DNA of 63,953 bases, taken from IMG/VR virus record IMGVR_UViG_3300037337_000110, positions 1-63,953 of that record; one strand, given 5' to 3'. Numbering within the stretch: position 1 is the first letter of the stretch; the number at the start of each line of letters is the position of its first letter. A program made the translations under genes and the position numbers. Positions 17,691-28,500 of the stretch are shown one piece after another. This DNA is from a virus. Lineage: Duplodnaviria > Caudoviricetes. A model generated the notes under the pieces. That model made no database searches, was not told the origin of the DNA, and was given only the letters and a program-made list of their open reading frames with translations.

Positions 17691-18273
17691 CATCAAATGC
17701 GGGGGTCACCTCGATTGAGTCGTCTGGGATCACATTGGAGATGTGAACTGTGGAGTGGTCACCCTGATGGATGTTGGTCACATTGAGCTTGACCGTGACG
17801 TTGAAACTAGCGCCATCGGGAATTTTTCCATTCTTGGCGAAGTCTTGCAGTTGGCTGATGAATCCCTGAAAGCCTAGCGGCGCATAGGTCTGGGTGGCGT
17901 GCGCCACGGTGGTTCGAGTCTTCGCACCTCGCTCGTCCACCTTGATGCGGTCCAACGGAACATGCTCTACCAGGCGGTACACACTGCGGCGACCGCGAAC
18001 CTCTTGCTCAATCAGCTTCATTTCGATCAGCTTCTTCAAGGCGCGCTGCACAGTGTCCACAGAGGTGTCGAGGTGCCCGGCGATCGTCGACTGACTCGGG
18101 TACGAGGCCCCGGTTTCCAAATCGGTGTAGGCTTTCACCACACAGTAGACAGCCCAGGCGGAAAACCCCATCTCGGCAATCTTGTTGTCAATGATGGCCG
18201 ACCGCAAAATATGAAACCAGTGATGGCGCACGCTCAGCTCGTCCCAAATTTCTTTTTGTACTTGAGTGCTCAC
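17638..18273 (-). CDS. HTH replication initiator (Rep)
   Basis: AWAVY..KAY....G.SYPSQSTIAGHLDTSVDTVQRALKKL winged-HTH; last gene of the par operon, next to iterons. Confidence 0.75.
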   Translation of the reverse strand: MSTQVQKEIWDELSVRHHWFHILRSAIIDNKIAEMGFSAWAVYCVVKAYTDLETGASYPSQSTIAGHLDTSVDTVQRALKKLIEMKLIEQEVRGRRSVYRLVEHVPLDRIKVDERGAKTRTTVAHATQTYAPLGFQGFISQLQDFAKNGKIPDGASFNVTVKLNVTNIHQGDHSTVHISNVIPDDSIEVTPAFDAAQSRFMNRIRVLRTDL

Positions 18274-18692
18274 GCGCCCCCCTTTGCGTTGACTATGTTC
18301 ATGCGACGCTGCACTTCTGCTTCAATGCCAGCAAGTGCAATATCGTTCATGGACTCTCCGTAAGTGGTGCCGCCCAGCCACCTTAGCTTCTGGTAGACCT
18401 CACGAGGGAGTCGAAAATTCACCTGCTGCATAGGCACCACTTCAAGAACCATGCGCCAGGGCGCATTAGGGTCATCAGCTGACACCTGGCGTACATGCTT
18501 CATCGGCGGGCCGCGTCGGGTCTGAGTAGGTGCTGGTTGCGGCCCAGAAGTCCCCTCACCGGCCGCAATTGCGGCCGCTTGCTCCCGACCAGGCTGTTCC
18601 GTCCATTTCTGCAGCGCACTCAGACGCTCAAGTCTGTCTTGACTGCCTTGAACCTGCTGACGGCTTTTTAGCTCGGGGTTGCCATTCTTCAT
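18270..18692 (-). CDS. ribbon-helix-helix partition adaptor (ParG-like)
   Basis: disordered N-terminus, C-terminal QQVNFRLPREVYQKLR...SMNDIA; follows parA. Confidence 0.7.
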   Translation of the reverse strand: MKNGNPELKSRQQVQGSQDRLERLSALQKWTEQPGREQAAAIAAGEGTSGPQPAPTQTRRGPPMKHVRQVSADDPNAPWRMVLEVVPMQQVNFRLPREVYQKLRWLGGTTYGESMNDIALAGIEAEVQRRMNIVNAKGGA

Positions 18693-19353
18693 TAAAAATC
18701 TCCTTGTAGAAGTTCGCGATCTCGCGCGTGGCGTTTGCGTCTGCCGCCTTGCCGGTGAGCTCGACAACACTCAGACCGTCGCGCGCGGCCTTTCTGAAGG
18801 CGATGCGGTCTCGAATCTCGCCGGCCACAAAGTCAAACTCGTCGCGGTAGTCGTCCGTCAGAATTTTGCGCACTTCGTCGGTCTCGCGTACCGCAGGGTT
18901 GGGGTTGGAGCCGTTGATGATCACCTTGGCGGGCATCTCTTCGCCGGTCTGGTTGCGAATGGCGCGAACCATGTCCCCCATTGTCGAGAAGCTCCAAGTG
19001 TCAAACTGGCTCGGGCGCACCGGGATGACTAGCAGGTCACACACCACAATGGCTTGACGCATTTCGACCGAGTCGCGCCCACCGGCATCAACGATCACGA
19101 CCTCGAACTTGTCATGGAACTGACCGATGTCGTAGCCCACCTTGCCTGTCTTGGCCACGCAGACCAGATCGGGCGCGAGGTCCAGACCAGCCCGGTGCGC
19201 CCCCCGCGCGGCAGCCCAGGTGCTGGAGCTCTCTTGCTTGTCGGTGTCCACCAGCAGCACCTCTTTGCCTGCCAGCGCACACATGGCGGCCAGGTTCACC
19301 GCGATGGTGGTCTTGCCCACCCCGCCCTTTTCGTTTCCAACGACAACAATCAT
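18628..19353 (-). CDS. parA: ParA/ParF partition ATPase (type Ib)
   Basis: KGGVGKTT deviant Walker A, VDTD.Q, DAGG, IPVRPS.FD; AGGAG SD before ATG 19353. Confidence 0.93.
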   Translation of the reverse strand: MIVVVGNEKGGVGKTTIAVNLAAMCALAGKEVLLVDTDKQESSSTWAAARGAHRAGLDLAPDLVCVAKTGKVGYDIGQFHDKFEVVIVDAGGRDSVEMRQAIVVCDLLVIPVRPSQFDTWSFSTMGDMVRAIRNQTGEEMPAKVIINGSNPNPAVRETDEVRKILTDDYRDEFDFVAGEIRDRIAFRKAARDGLSVVELTGKAADANATREIANFYKEIFNEEWQPRAKKPSAGSRQSRQT

Positions 19354-19716
19354 TGCAGTGACTCCTAGCGTTGCTCCGCATGCGCGCGGTGCAGTCATAA
19401 ATATGAGTTCTGGCAGTGCCCTGCCCTCAATGCGCCGGATGATACCACCGCATTGTGTCTGTGCATTCTTTTCTGTCAACACACTTATGCCAGTCATTGC
19501 AGTCATTGCACCACAAGGGCCAGGATCACCGGTGTCGCTGCATCGACAGAAGTCAAAGCAATGAGTGGAGTGCAATTAGTCATTGCACTCATAGCACTAA
19601 TTGCACAAAAATGAGGCAGTGAAAGGAGTGCAGTCAGTGCGTTGACCTCAGTGACTGACGCGAGGGCATTGGTAGATTTCATGCCTGTCACTGCACCCGT
19701 TGTCAGTGGTGCAGTG
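19351..19716. repeat. parS-like array of (T)GCAGTCA(T/G)TGCA repeats
   Basis: about eight degenerate copies upstream of parA, e.g. CAGTCATTGCAGTCATTGCAC at 19491. Confidence 0.55.
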
Positions 19717-19745
19717 GGAGCGGTCGGGGCAATGTGTGCAGACGT

Positions 19746-19771
19746 AAAAAAGCCACCTAAAGGTGGCTTTT
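19746..19771. terminator. bidirectional intrinsic terminator after the repressor gene
   Basis: AAAAAAGCCACC-taaa-GGTGGCTTTT. Confidence 0.75.
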
Positions 19772-19795
19772 GATGGGTCTTCATAGACACAAGTT

Positions 19796-20365
19796 TTATG
19801 GGTCTTTTGTCTCTTGTTCACCTTGCACGACCTGCTTCTCAACGCGCTTGGCTTTTTCCAGTTCGTCGCCCTTGGCAAGCGCGCTGCGTTTGGTCTTGCG
19901 CAGAATGCGCAGCAACGCCTCCTCTTCAATGGCGTCATCGCCAGTCGCTGAAACATACAGCTCACACATGGCCTCAAGCGCATTAGGGTGCTGGGACAGG
20001 TTCACGTCGCGCCCATTGACGGCAGCCCGCAGCGCCCGAATCAGCACCTCTTCATTCAAGGTCACCGGCGTTCGCTTGCTGACCGCCTCAAGTATTGAGG
20101 TCAGACTGAATCCGTTTTCTGCGTCAACACGCATCGCCAAGTACAGGGGGTCGATCTGAAGCACCTGGGCCGTCAGGGCCACCTTGTTCATCGGCAGCTT
20201 CATCATCCCGGATTCCAGCATCGAGATTACGTTGGGGGCCGAGTAGTTCAAGAGGGACGCGAGTTCCACGTTTTTATAGCCCATTCGAGACTTGTGCAGA
20301 GCGATCAGCTCACGCACAGAGGGAATTTTTTGATCACTAGACTTGTGGCTTTTTAGTGCGCTCAT
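19796..20365 (-). CDS. XRE-family phage repressor
   Basis: KNVELASLLNYSAPNVISMLESGMMKLP HTH; divergent from the lytic operon; AGGAG SD. Confidence 0.8.
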   Translation of the reverse strand: MSALKSHKSSDQKIPSVRELIALHKSRMGYKNVELASLLNYSAPNVISMLESGMMKLPMNKVALTAQVLQIDPLYLAMRVDAENGFSLTSILEAVSKRTPVTLNEEVLIRALRAAVNGRDVNLSQHPNALEAMCELYVSATGDDAIEEEALLRILRKTKRSALAKGDELEKAKRVEKQVVQGEQETKDP

Positions 20366-20604
20366 TTTCTCTCCTAAAAGAAGGGATTCCCCCTTCGGGT
20401 TGCTAAAGTAGCGGTTTCATTATATGCAGCGCTTACTTACCTTTGAGCGTGCCACAACAAAATTGAATACTTTGTTACACATAGGGTATTTTTACCAAAT
20501 GTCAGTCGAGACTGAATATAAATAAAACGCGGTGTTCACCTACAAGCCACATTCTCAATCTCTATAATCGACAAGTCAGCAGTTAGTTACAAACAAGGAA
20601 TTTC

Positions 20605-20808
20605 ATGAGCTTGAGTAGTGTTGTTGAGGTTGAAGAGACATTCAGTGTTGAGACGATAACGGTCGAGCATGCGGCAAGCATCATCGAGAGTAATGACCAT
20701 TTTAGATATGTCGATGTCGGGAGTCTTCGGGTTCACCATCTGCGCGCCGTGACAGGTCGCAGCATGCTGGTGCAGGGGCCAAACGGGGAGTTTTTGCTTG
20801 TGAAGTAG
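20605..20808 (+). CDS. small hypothetical protein, first gene divergent from the repressor
   Basis: TATAAT at 20563, degenerate operator at 20574, AAGGA SD. Confidence 0.6.
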   Translation: MSLSSVVEVEETFSVETITVEHAASIIESNDHFRYVDVGSLRVHHLRAVTGRSMLVQGPNGEFLLVK

Positions 20809-20830
20809 TCACCACGCAGCCGAAAAGTCA

Positions 20831-20856
20831 GGGGTCTCATCCGAGACCCCTTTTTT
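20831..20856 (+). terminator. intrinsic terminator
   Basis: GGGGTCTC-atcc-GAGACCCC-T6. Confidence 0.75.
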
Positions 20857-20892
20857 ATGATTCAGACATCGCAACAAATCTGAGACGTTTTT

Positions 20893-23013
20893 ATGCAAAG
20901 CAAAGACATTTCTGTCATCCGCCAGTCGATCGGGAAGATCGTCTCCATGCTGACCAACCAGTCCATCGCGGTGACCCAGCGCGGCACCGATGCTTATGTG
21001 CAGTACGACGCCAAGGGTGTTGTCAAGCGGGTGAACATCCCCTACCTTGCCGATGACGCGACACCTGGGTTTATCGCCGCGGTGCAGGGCTTTCTTGATC
21101 ACGAGGTCGGCCACGTCTTGTTCACCGACCCCAAGGTCTTGCTTGCGGCCAAGAAGCAGCCCGGGCGCACGGCGAACCTGCACAACACCATTGAAGATGT
21201 CTACGTGGAGCGCAAGATGTCTGAGGCGTTTGCGGGCAGCGGCGGCAACCTCGATGCCCTGCGCTTCTTCTACTTGAACGATGTGGTGAAGAAGAAAGTG
21301 AACGAAGCGGTTGCCGCCGGCAACGAGACTGCCGCCTCGGGTTATGCGGCCGTGGTGAAGTTTCGTGCTTGGGGCGGTCAGCTCGCCGCGATCGACTTCT
21401 TGAAAAACAACCCCAAAATTGATGCGCTGGCAGCTGACATTGAAAGCAAGCTTGGGCCAGCGTTCATCAAAGCGATGGGTCAGGTCAAGAGCAGCAAGGA
21501 AGCACTCGACCTGGCCAAGCAAGCATACGACCTGCTGAAGCCAGCGCCCCCGCCAGCGCCCGTCGCACCCTCACCACCCAGCCCAGCGCCCCCACCAGTG
21601 CCAGCACCACCCGCAGACGATGAAGAAGAGCAGGACGAAGGTGCGGGCGACGGGCCTGCACCCACCGGCTCTACCGACCAGGAAGAGCAGGGCGAGGCGG
21701 ACCCCACGGTTCCCTCGGGCGCATCGGGCGACCAAGACGAAGAGCCGTCATCGGCAAGCGTGTCAGCTGCTGAAGACGACAGTGGCAAGCAGCGAGACGA
21801 TGACGACGAAAATGGGGAAACCGACATGGACTCAGACACCGCTGGCACCGGTGGTGAGTCGGACACTGATGTCGGTGAGAACCAGGAGCCCACCGTGCCC
21901 GAAGAGGCCAGCCCATCAGAAGGCGATGACGCGCCCCCCGATGATGAAGAGCAGCCTTCAGATGACCAAGAAGAGCAGGTCGGCCCGATGGTGACCCATG
22001 CCGGCGCGAAGTCTGGTGAGCATGCACCGGGCGACCAGGGCGATCTGAGCGAGGCGTTTGAGCAACCGATGGACTTCGACAGCGATGTTGCCAAGCAGCT
22101 TAGTCAGAATGCAAAAAAGGAACTCAGTCACTCGCAATATCGTGTCTTTTCTACTGACTGGGACACGCTCAAGTCAGCGCCCCTGGGGGACCATAAGGCA
22201 GTGGAGGTCATGGTTAAAGTCACTGACCACATGGTCGCGGGCATTCAGAAAAGCCTTGAGCGTGCGATGGCCGCAAAAGCGCGCAAGACCTGGAGCGGTG
22301 GTCAGCGTCGCGGTCGCATCAACCCCGGCTCCCTGTTTCGCACCGCTGTCGGCGATGACCGGGTGTTTCGCAAGCGCTACGAGACAGCGGCCAAGAACAC
22401 CGCCGTCACGTTGCTCGTTGACTGCTCCGGCTCGATGAGTGGTGAGCGTTTGGCACTTGCTGCACAGGCAGCTTACGCGCTGTCATCAACCCTTGAGCGC
22501 CTGAAGATCAAAAACGAAGTTCTTGGATTCACCACCGAAGGCTGCAAAGAGATGGCGCTGGCGATCAGCCGTGAGTCAAACGCTTACGATTTCTACAGTC
22601 GCTCTAGCTCGATCTACATGCCACTGTTCAAGGGCTTCGATGAGCGGCTGACGATTGATGCGAAGTTGCGTCTCGCCGCCCTGACGAACAAACCGATGTG
22701 GTTGCGCGAGAACGTCGATGGCGAGAGTGTGCAGATCGCTGCAAACAGGCTCAGGAAGCAGGTTGCCGAGCGTCACGTTTTGATCGTTCTGTCTGATGGC
22801 ATCCCAGCATGTGAGGGCACCAGCGCCGCGCTTTCCAACCACCTCAAGCGGGTCGTCTTGGAGCTCCCCTCGCAAGGTGTCGAGGTCGTCGGTATCGGCA
22901 TTCAGACCACCGATGTGGCCATGTTCTACCCCAGGAACTTGACGCTGAACAACATCGAATCGCTGCCGGTCACCGTGGTCAACGAGCTGTCCAGACTGCT
23001 GCTGGCTGTGTAA
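20893..23013 (+). CDS. CobT-like vWA protein with HExxH domain and acidic linker
   Basis: DHEVGH...N.IED; Pro/Asp/Glu-rich linker; MIDAS DCSGSM; LSDG.P. Confidence 0.85.
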   Translation: MQSKDISVIRQSIGKIVSMLTNQSIAVTQRGTDAYVQYDAKGVVKRVNIPYLADDATPGFIAAVQGFLDHEVGHVLFTDPKVLLAAKKQPGRTANLHNTIEDVYVERKMSEAFAGSGGNLDALRFFYLNDVVKKKVNEAVAAGNETAASGYAAVVKFRAWGGQLAAIDFLKNNPKIDALAADIESKLGPAFIKAMGQVKSSKEALDLAKQAYDLLKPAPPPAPVAPSPPSPAPPPVPAPPADDEEEQDEGAGDGPAPTGSTDQEEQGEADPTVPSGASGDQDEEPSSASVSAAEDDSGKQRDDDDENGETDMDSDTAGTGGESDTDVGENQEPTVPEEASPSEGDDAPPDDEEQPSDDQEEQVGPMVTHAGAKSGEHAPGDQGDLSEAFEQPMDFDSDVAKQLSQNAKKELSHSQYRVFSTDWDTLKSAPLGDHKAVEVMVKVTDHMVAGIQKSLERAMAAKARKTWSGGQRRGRINPGSLFRTAVGDDRVFRKRYETAAKNTAVTLLVDCSGSMSGERLALAAQAAYALSSTLERLKIKNEVLGFTTEGCKEMALAISRESNAYDFYSRSSSIYMPLFKGFDERLTIDAKLRLAALTNKPMWLRENVDGESVQIAANRLRKQVAERHVLIVLSDGIPACEGTSAALSNHLKRVVLELPSQGVEVVGIGIQTTDVAMFYPRNLTLNNIESLPVTVVNELSRLLLAV

Positions 23014-23101
23014 AAGTAAGTCAGTTTGTACTGTATGCTCCGAAGAGCGGGCGAGATCATACATTTTCTCGATTCACTCGCAACATTTTTATGAGGTTCA
23101 A

Positions 23102-24295
23102 ATGAATACTGCTGTCGCCACCCCTGTCGAAATCGAAGCCCGCATCACCTGTGCCATCTGTGGTGCAAAAGTGCATGCCATCAGCATCCACTTGCAGCGC
23201 GACCACGCTGAGCTGGAGATGACCCAGACCGACTACGAAGTCAAGTACCCAGGCCACCCCGTTTTTAGCGAAGTGGTGCTCAGCAAACTCGCGGAGAAAA
23301 AGCGTCTTGCTGCCGCAACTTCAGTCACCGCTGACTTTACATCAGACTTCGAGACCGAGCCCAAGGCGTTTCACGAACTCTTTGCACTGGGTAAGGTGCG
23401 ACCGGCGCTCAACGCGCGCGGCGCCCCCATCCCGATCACCACGGTCACCAAGACGGCGCACAAGAACATGGTGCCCGACGTGGACCCGAACTATGTCTTT
23501 AACCTGGATGTGCTCAAGACCTTGTTGATGGGCATCGAAATGAACATTCCTGTGTACCTGTGGGGTCACTCGGGTACTGGCAAGACCACGATCTATGAGC
23601 AGATCGGAGCCCGCACCGGTCGGCCCATGCTGCGTGTGCAGCACACGGCGAACATGGAAGAAGAGCATGTGCTGGGTGGGTGGCGTCTGCGCGACGGCAA
23701 GACTGTCTTTGATCTGGGGCCGCTCCCGATGGCCATGAAGTTCGGTTGGGTCTACCTGGCTGACGAATACGACTTCGGCCGCCCCGAGGTGCTCTCGCTG
23801 TACCAGCCGGTGCTTGAGGGCAAGCCGCTGGTGATCAAGGAGGCAGACCATGAAAACCGCGTGATTCGCCCACACCCCGGGTTTCGCTTTCTCGCCACCG
23901 GTAACACCAACGGTCAGGGCGACGAAACCGGCCTGTATGTGGGCACGACGATTCAAAACGCCGCGAACTACGAGCGTTTCGGCATTGTCGAAAAGATGCC
24001 CTTCATGGCGGAAGAGCTTGAGGTGGTGCTGGTCAGTCAGCAGGCGCAAATCCCCCTGCTGGATGCAAAAAAGCTGGTCGACTTCGCCAAGCGCATTCGG
24101 GCCGAGTTCGAGAGCTCCAAGATCAGCAACCCCATTTCGCCACGCTCGCTGATCTTCGCCGGTCGCTTGGGCATGGCTCGCTCGAACTACCTGTATGGGC
24201 TGGAGAAGTCGTACATCAACCGCCTGACCGAAGTTGACCGCGAGGCCGCGATGCAGCTGGCCAACCGCGTGTTTGGTGCCAGCAAGACCGCATAA
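23102..24295 (+). CDS. CobS/MoxR-like AAA+ ATPase with N-terminal C2H2-like finger
   Basis: CAIC...H...H; GHSGTGKT; LADEYD; ATGNT.G.GD.TGLY; ERF; SPR. Confidence 0.9.
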   Translation: MNTAVATPVEIEARITCAICGAKVHAISIHLQRDHAELEMTQTDYEVKYPGHPVFSEVVLSKLAEKKRLAAATSVTADFTSDFETEPKAFHELFALGKVRPALNARGAPIPITTVTKTAHKNMVPDVDPNYVFNLDVLKTLLMGIEMNIPVYLWGHSGTGKTTIYEQIGARTGRPMLRVQHTANMEEEHVLGGWRLRDGKTVFDLGPLPMAMKFGWVYLADEYDFGRPEVLSLYQPVLEGKPLVIKEADHENRVIRPHPGFRFLATGNTNGQGDETGLYVGTTIQNAANYERFGIVEKMPFMAEELEVVLVSQQAQIPLLDAKKLVDFAKRIRAEFESSKISNPISPRSLIFAGRLGMARSNYLYGLEKSYINRLTEVDREAAMQLANRVFGASKTA

Positions 24296-24304
24296 GGAGC
24301 TGAC

Positions 24305-25024
24305 ATGAGCGTCACTCACTCACCGGTCAACCCGCGCCCACAGGCGGAGAAGAACAAAAAATTCGCCAACGACGGCTCGTATGAGTCGGTTCAGGGGCAA
24401 ATCAAAAAGCTGGCTTTCATGTGCTTCGCCCGGGTCAACGCCCTGGGCCTGGGCATGACGTTCGAGGACGTGCTGCAGGAGATGAACCTGAGTTATGTCA
24501 ACGCCAAGAGACTGTGGAATCCCGAAGGCACAAGTCGCTTCAGCACCTACTTGCAAACCGCGTGCCTGAACAATTTCAACGCCCGCATCCAGAAGCCCGA
24601 GCGTGAGCGTCGCCTGTTTGGCATGGTCAACATGAGCGATATGCAGCGCAATGAACCAGGTGGCGACAATAGCGGTGAGCGCGACATCATGGAGGTTTTT
24701 GACGACGAGGACCAGGGCACCTTCTTTGTTCCGCTGAGTGACTTCAGCATGTTGGGCATGGGCGGCGAGACATCCCAGGCGTCCGAGCAGTCCCCGTTTC
24801 ACGCCAACCCCGAAGCACTGGTTGCGCACCGTCAAGATGTGCGCGAGGCGATGGCGAAAATGAGCCCCAACGCGCGTGCGGTGGTGATAGACATCTTGCG
24901 TGCGGCCCATGCCGGCGAGGACTTGCCCCGCTTCGGTGAGATCGCAGCGGTGCGTCAGATCAAGGCGCCCGAGTTGCGTCGCCTGCGCATCGAGCTGGCC
25001 AACACGTTCGGGGTGAAGATTTGA
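24305..25024 (+). CDS. phage sigma70-like factor
   Basis: region 2-like FEDVLQE....A..WNPE...RFSTY; C-terminal region 4-like HTH. Confidence 0.7.
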   Translation: MSVTHSPVNPRPQAEKNKKFANDGSYESVQGQIKKLAFMCFARVNALGLGMTFEDVLQEMNLSYVNAKRLWNPEGTSRFSTYLQTACLNNFNARIQKPERERRLFGMVNMSDMQRNEPGGDNSGERDIMEVFDDEDQGTFFVPLSDFSMLGMGGETSQASEQSPFHANPEALVAHRQDVREAMAKMSPNARAVVIDILRAAHAGEDLPRFGEIAAVRQIKAPELRRLRIELANTFGVKI

Positions 25025-25542
25025 ATCGACCTCAATGTCACGGTTCGCCATGCGCCATCAGCGGCGACAGCGAGACCTGTCGAACCTGCCCGGCCCTGCG
25101 CTCTTGCGCCAGTCAGTCTCTTTTCTTTCTCGATCAACAGCTGTTGACCCCCTTGATTCAGCGAGAGCGCCAGCGCATCGCAATGGTCGAGCAGCGCTTT
25201 GTGCGCTCGCCAGATAGGGTCGAAGAGGGAGAGGGTGCCCAAGCACTCTCGAAGCCCGTAGCGACGATGGCACAGCGTCTGACCGACTCGGGCTGGTTCA
25301 AGTTCGCCAGGCGCGAGCTGGGGGCAGGGCGCAACCCTGCCAAGAAGGGCTGGCAGCAGGTTCTGTGCAGTGCGCTGATCACCGGTGGCGTCTCGCGCAA
25401 GACCTTGCAGCTGGCGTTTGTGCAGCAGCTCGATATGACGCCGGGGAGCGCGAAGGTGCAGGTCTCCAAGTCCGTTGCGGTGTTTCTGCAAGGGCGACTG
25501 CTGCTGGAGCTCAACGGCTACCTAAAACTTCATCGGGACTGA
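25021..25542 (+). CDS. hypothetical protein with N-terminal Cys cluster and possible winged helix
   Basis: C.G.......C..C....C; TTGA overlap. Confidence 0.55.
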   Translation: MNRPQCHGSPCAISGDSETCRTCPALRSCASQSLFFLDQQLLTPLIQRERQRIAMVEQRFVRSPDRVEEGEGAQALSKPVATMAQRLTDSGWFKFARRELGAGRNPAKKGWQQVLCSALITGGVSRKTLQLAFVQQLDMTPGSAKVQVSKSVAVFLQGRLLLELNGYLKLHRD

Positions 25543-25570
25543 TCCGAGACCTGGGCGAAAGAATAGAAAT

Positions 25571-28500
25571 ATGACAACCACAACACCAATTAACCCCCTG
25601 GGCGTGGCGCTCTCTGTACGCTCGGACTTCTCACTGGGTGAGAGTTCTTTTCAGATCGACCGCATCATCAAGCTGGCCAAAGAGCAGGGCTACAGTCATG
25701 TGGCTGTAGCTGACTTGATGACCGTCTCGGGCATCCCCACTTTCACCCAAAAATGTCACAAGGCGGGTCTGGTACCGATTGCCGGCGTGACGCTGCACAT
25801 CGTGGACAAGCCCACCGAAAAGCTGAAGGACAAGGTCAACAATCCCTATCGTCTCAAGTTGTACCCCAAGTCAGACCTGGGCATGCGCTCAATCTTCGCC
25901 GCACTTACCAAGTCGCTCACGGTGGAGAACTTTTACTACAACGCCCGACTCGGCCTGAGCGATGTCTGTGCCTTACAAGACGTGGTCGTCACCAGCGGCG
26001 ACCTTCGCAGTCTGTGGCACCACCCAGACGCAAAAAAGATTAGCGACCGTTTGACAGTCACCTTTGGCGATGACTACATGGTCGAGCTGGTGGCGCTGGA
26101 CACGCCCTTGTTTGACCGCACCAACACCCTGGCGCTGGAGCATCGCGGGATGCAGAAAACCATCATCACCCGCCCTGCCATGTATGCAAGCGCCGGTGAC
26201 GCGGACGCAACCGATGTGCTGCGCGCGATCACCACCAACACGCCTCTCAGTTCAGCTTGGCTTCCCCGACCCTTTCTGCGCGACCTCTACCTGATGTCGC
26301 CCGCTGGGATGGTCAAGCACTTCTCGGCAGTGGCCGCTCGCGTGCCCGGGGCGCCGATCAAGCAGTCTGTGATCAATATTGCAGAGATGGCATCGCGCTG
26401 TCGGTACGCCTTCAAGAAGCTGGCCCCCTCGATGCCCAAGATGGCAGAAAACGAGTTCATGGCTCTGGCAAAGGCATGCGCTGTTGGGTGGCAAGAGCGC
26501 TTCGCTCGCGAGGTATGGGGTCACAAGCCCGACGCAAACGAGCTGGCCACCACCTACAAGAAGCGTCTGCGCTTCGAGCTGGACGTGCTCAAAAAGATGA
26601 GCTTCTCAGGCTACTTTTTGCTGGTGCAAGACATCGTGCAATGGTCCAAGACTAACGGCATTCTAGTAGGTCCGGGTCGCGGTTCTGTGGGTGGGTCGCT
26701 GGTCGCCTACCTGATGGGCATCACGGACGTTGACCCGATTCGTTTCGACCTCTTGTTCGAGCGCTTCATCAATCCAGACCGCACTGACTTGCCCGATGCT
26801 GACCTGGACTTTATGAGCGCACGTCGTCACGAGGTCGTGAGCTACATCATTGAAAAGTATGGTCGCGAGAACGTCTCAGGAATTGTCAACTTCTCTACCC
26901 TGGGCGCAGCCAGCGCGCTGCGCGACACCGCGCGCATGCACGGTCTGCTGCCTTGGGAATATGCTTGTTCCAAGCAGATGGAAAAAGAGCACGGCGTCTC
27001 GCTGTCATTGACCGAGTCGGCCGATGCGGTGCCCGACATCGACAAGTTTAGAAACGACCACCCATCCATCTGGGACCACGCACTGCGTCTAGAAGGTGCC
27101 AACCGATCGCTCAGTCAGCACGCCGCCGGTGTGGTGGTCGCGGGCGAGCCGGTGCTGAACCGTGCAGTGGTGAGTGCCAGGGACGCAAAAGCCCTGCCGG
27201 TTGCGCAGTGGGATAAGTCCAAGGTCGAAGACTTCGGTTTGATCAAGATTGACGTGCTGGGTCTGAACACGCTGGACCTGATTGGGGTCGCGCTCAACTA
27301 CATCAAGGAGCGTCACTTCAAGACCATCGACATTCTCTCGCTGCCCCTGAATGACAAGCGCGTGCTAAAGGCTTTTGGTAATGGTGACACCACGGGGGTC
27401 TTTCAGTTCACCGGTGGCGGTATGAAGAGCTTGCTCAAGCAAATGGCGATGGGCGGGTCACTCACCTTCGACGACATCTGCGCCGCAACCGCGCTGTTTC
27501 GACCAGGGCCACTTGATGCCGGTCTATGTGACAGGTATGTGCAGGTCAAGCAGGGCGCCAGCAAGCCGTACTACGAGCATCCGGCGCTTGAAGAGTGTTT
27601 GGGTGATACTTTCGGCGTCATCACCTACCAAGAGCAGGTAATGGCCATCACGCGCAAGCTCTGCGGGTTCAGTCCGGGTGACGCCGACGGTGTGCGAAAG
27701 GCCATCGGTAAGAAGGACGCTGTGAAGATGGCGGAATATGCTGAGCGCTTTGTAGAGGGGGCTGTCAAAAGCGGCATGGAGAAGTCGCGCTCTGAGTTGC
27801 TGTGGGACACCATTCTGGGCTTCGCAGGCTACGCCTTCAACAAATCACATTCTGTGGAATATTCGCTGATCAGCTGGGTCACGATGTGGCTGAAGGTCTA
27901 CTACCCGGCCGAGTTCTATGCGGCTGCCATGACCGTCATCGACAACGATGACCAGCTCACCAACCTAGTTGGCGACGCACAGGGCAAAAAGCTCAAAGTC
28001 TTGCCACCCGATCTAAACAAAAGCTCCAACCGCATCGAGATCGAAGGTGAAGACGTGCTCTATGCCCCGTTTCAGGCGGTCAAGGGCATCAGCTCTAACG
28101 TCTCGGCAGCGCTGGTGAAGCTGCGTAAGGCAGTTGGGGGCAAGTTTAAGGTCGGCGCATCGGGCGAGGTTGTGGCGCTTGACGCCGAAGTGCAGAAAAA
28201 GGTTCTGGGTAGAAAAGTGATCACCTCGGCTGCCATCACTGGGCTTGAGCAGGTCGGTGCTTTTCACAGCGTCAATGGTGTGGGCCCCACCCCAACCCAC
28301 CCTGGCAGACTGAAGGCGCGCATCGAGCTCATGCCCGGCTTTACTTCGGACATGGTCAAGCCCGATCGCGAGCTTGCTGTCGACGGCTTGGCTTCGATCA
28401 AGATCACCAACATGGTGCGCGAGATGGCGCAGTGCGAGGGCTGTTCACTCAAAGGCGCACCGCACCCGACGCCGCGCATGGGCTCCAAGCCCAAGTTCAT

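Noticed and set aside
18628-19575. 315-aa ParA with N-terminal extension (type Ia)
   Set aside because: The extension is translated parS repeats; AGGAG SD supports ATG 19353
20893-24295. Cobalamin biosynthesis genes (cobT/cobS)
   Set aside because: No cobN or other cob genes; generic vWA/MoxR pair common in phages
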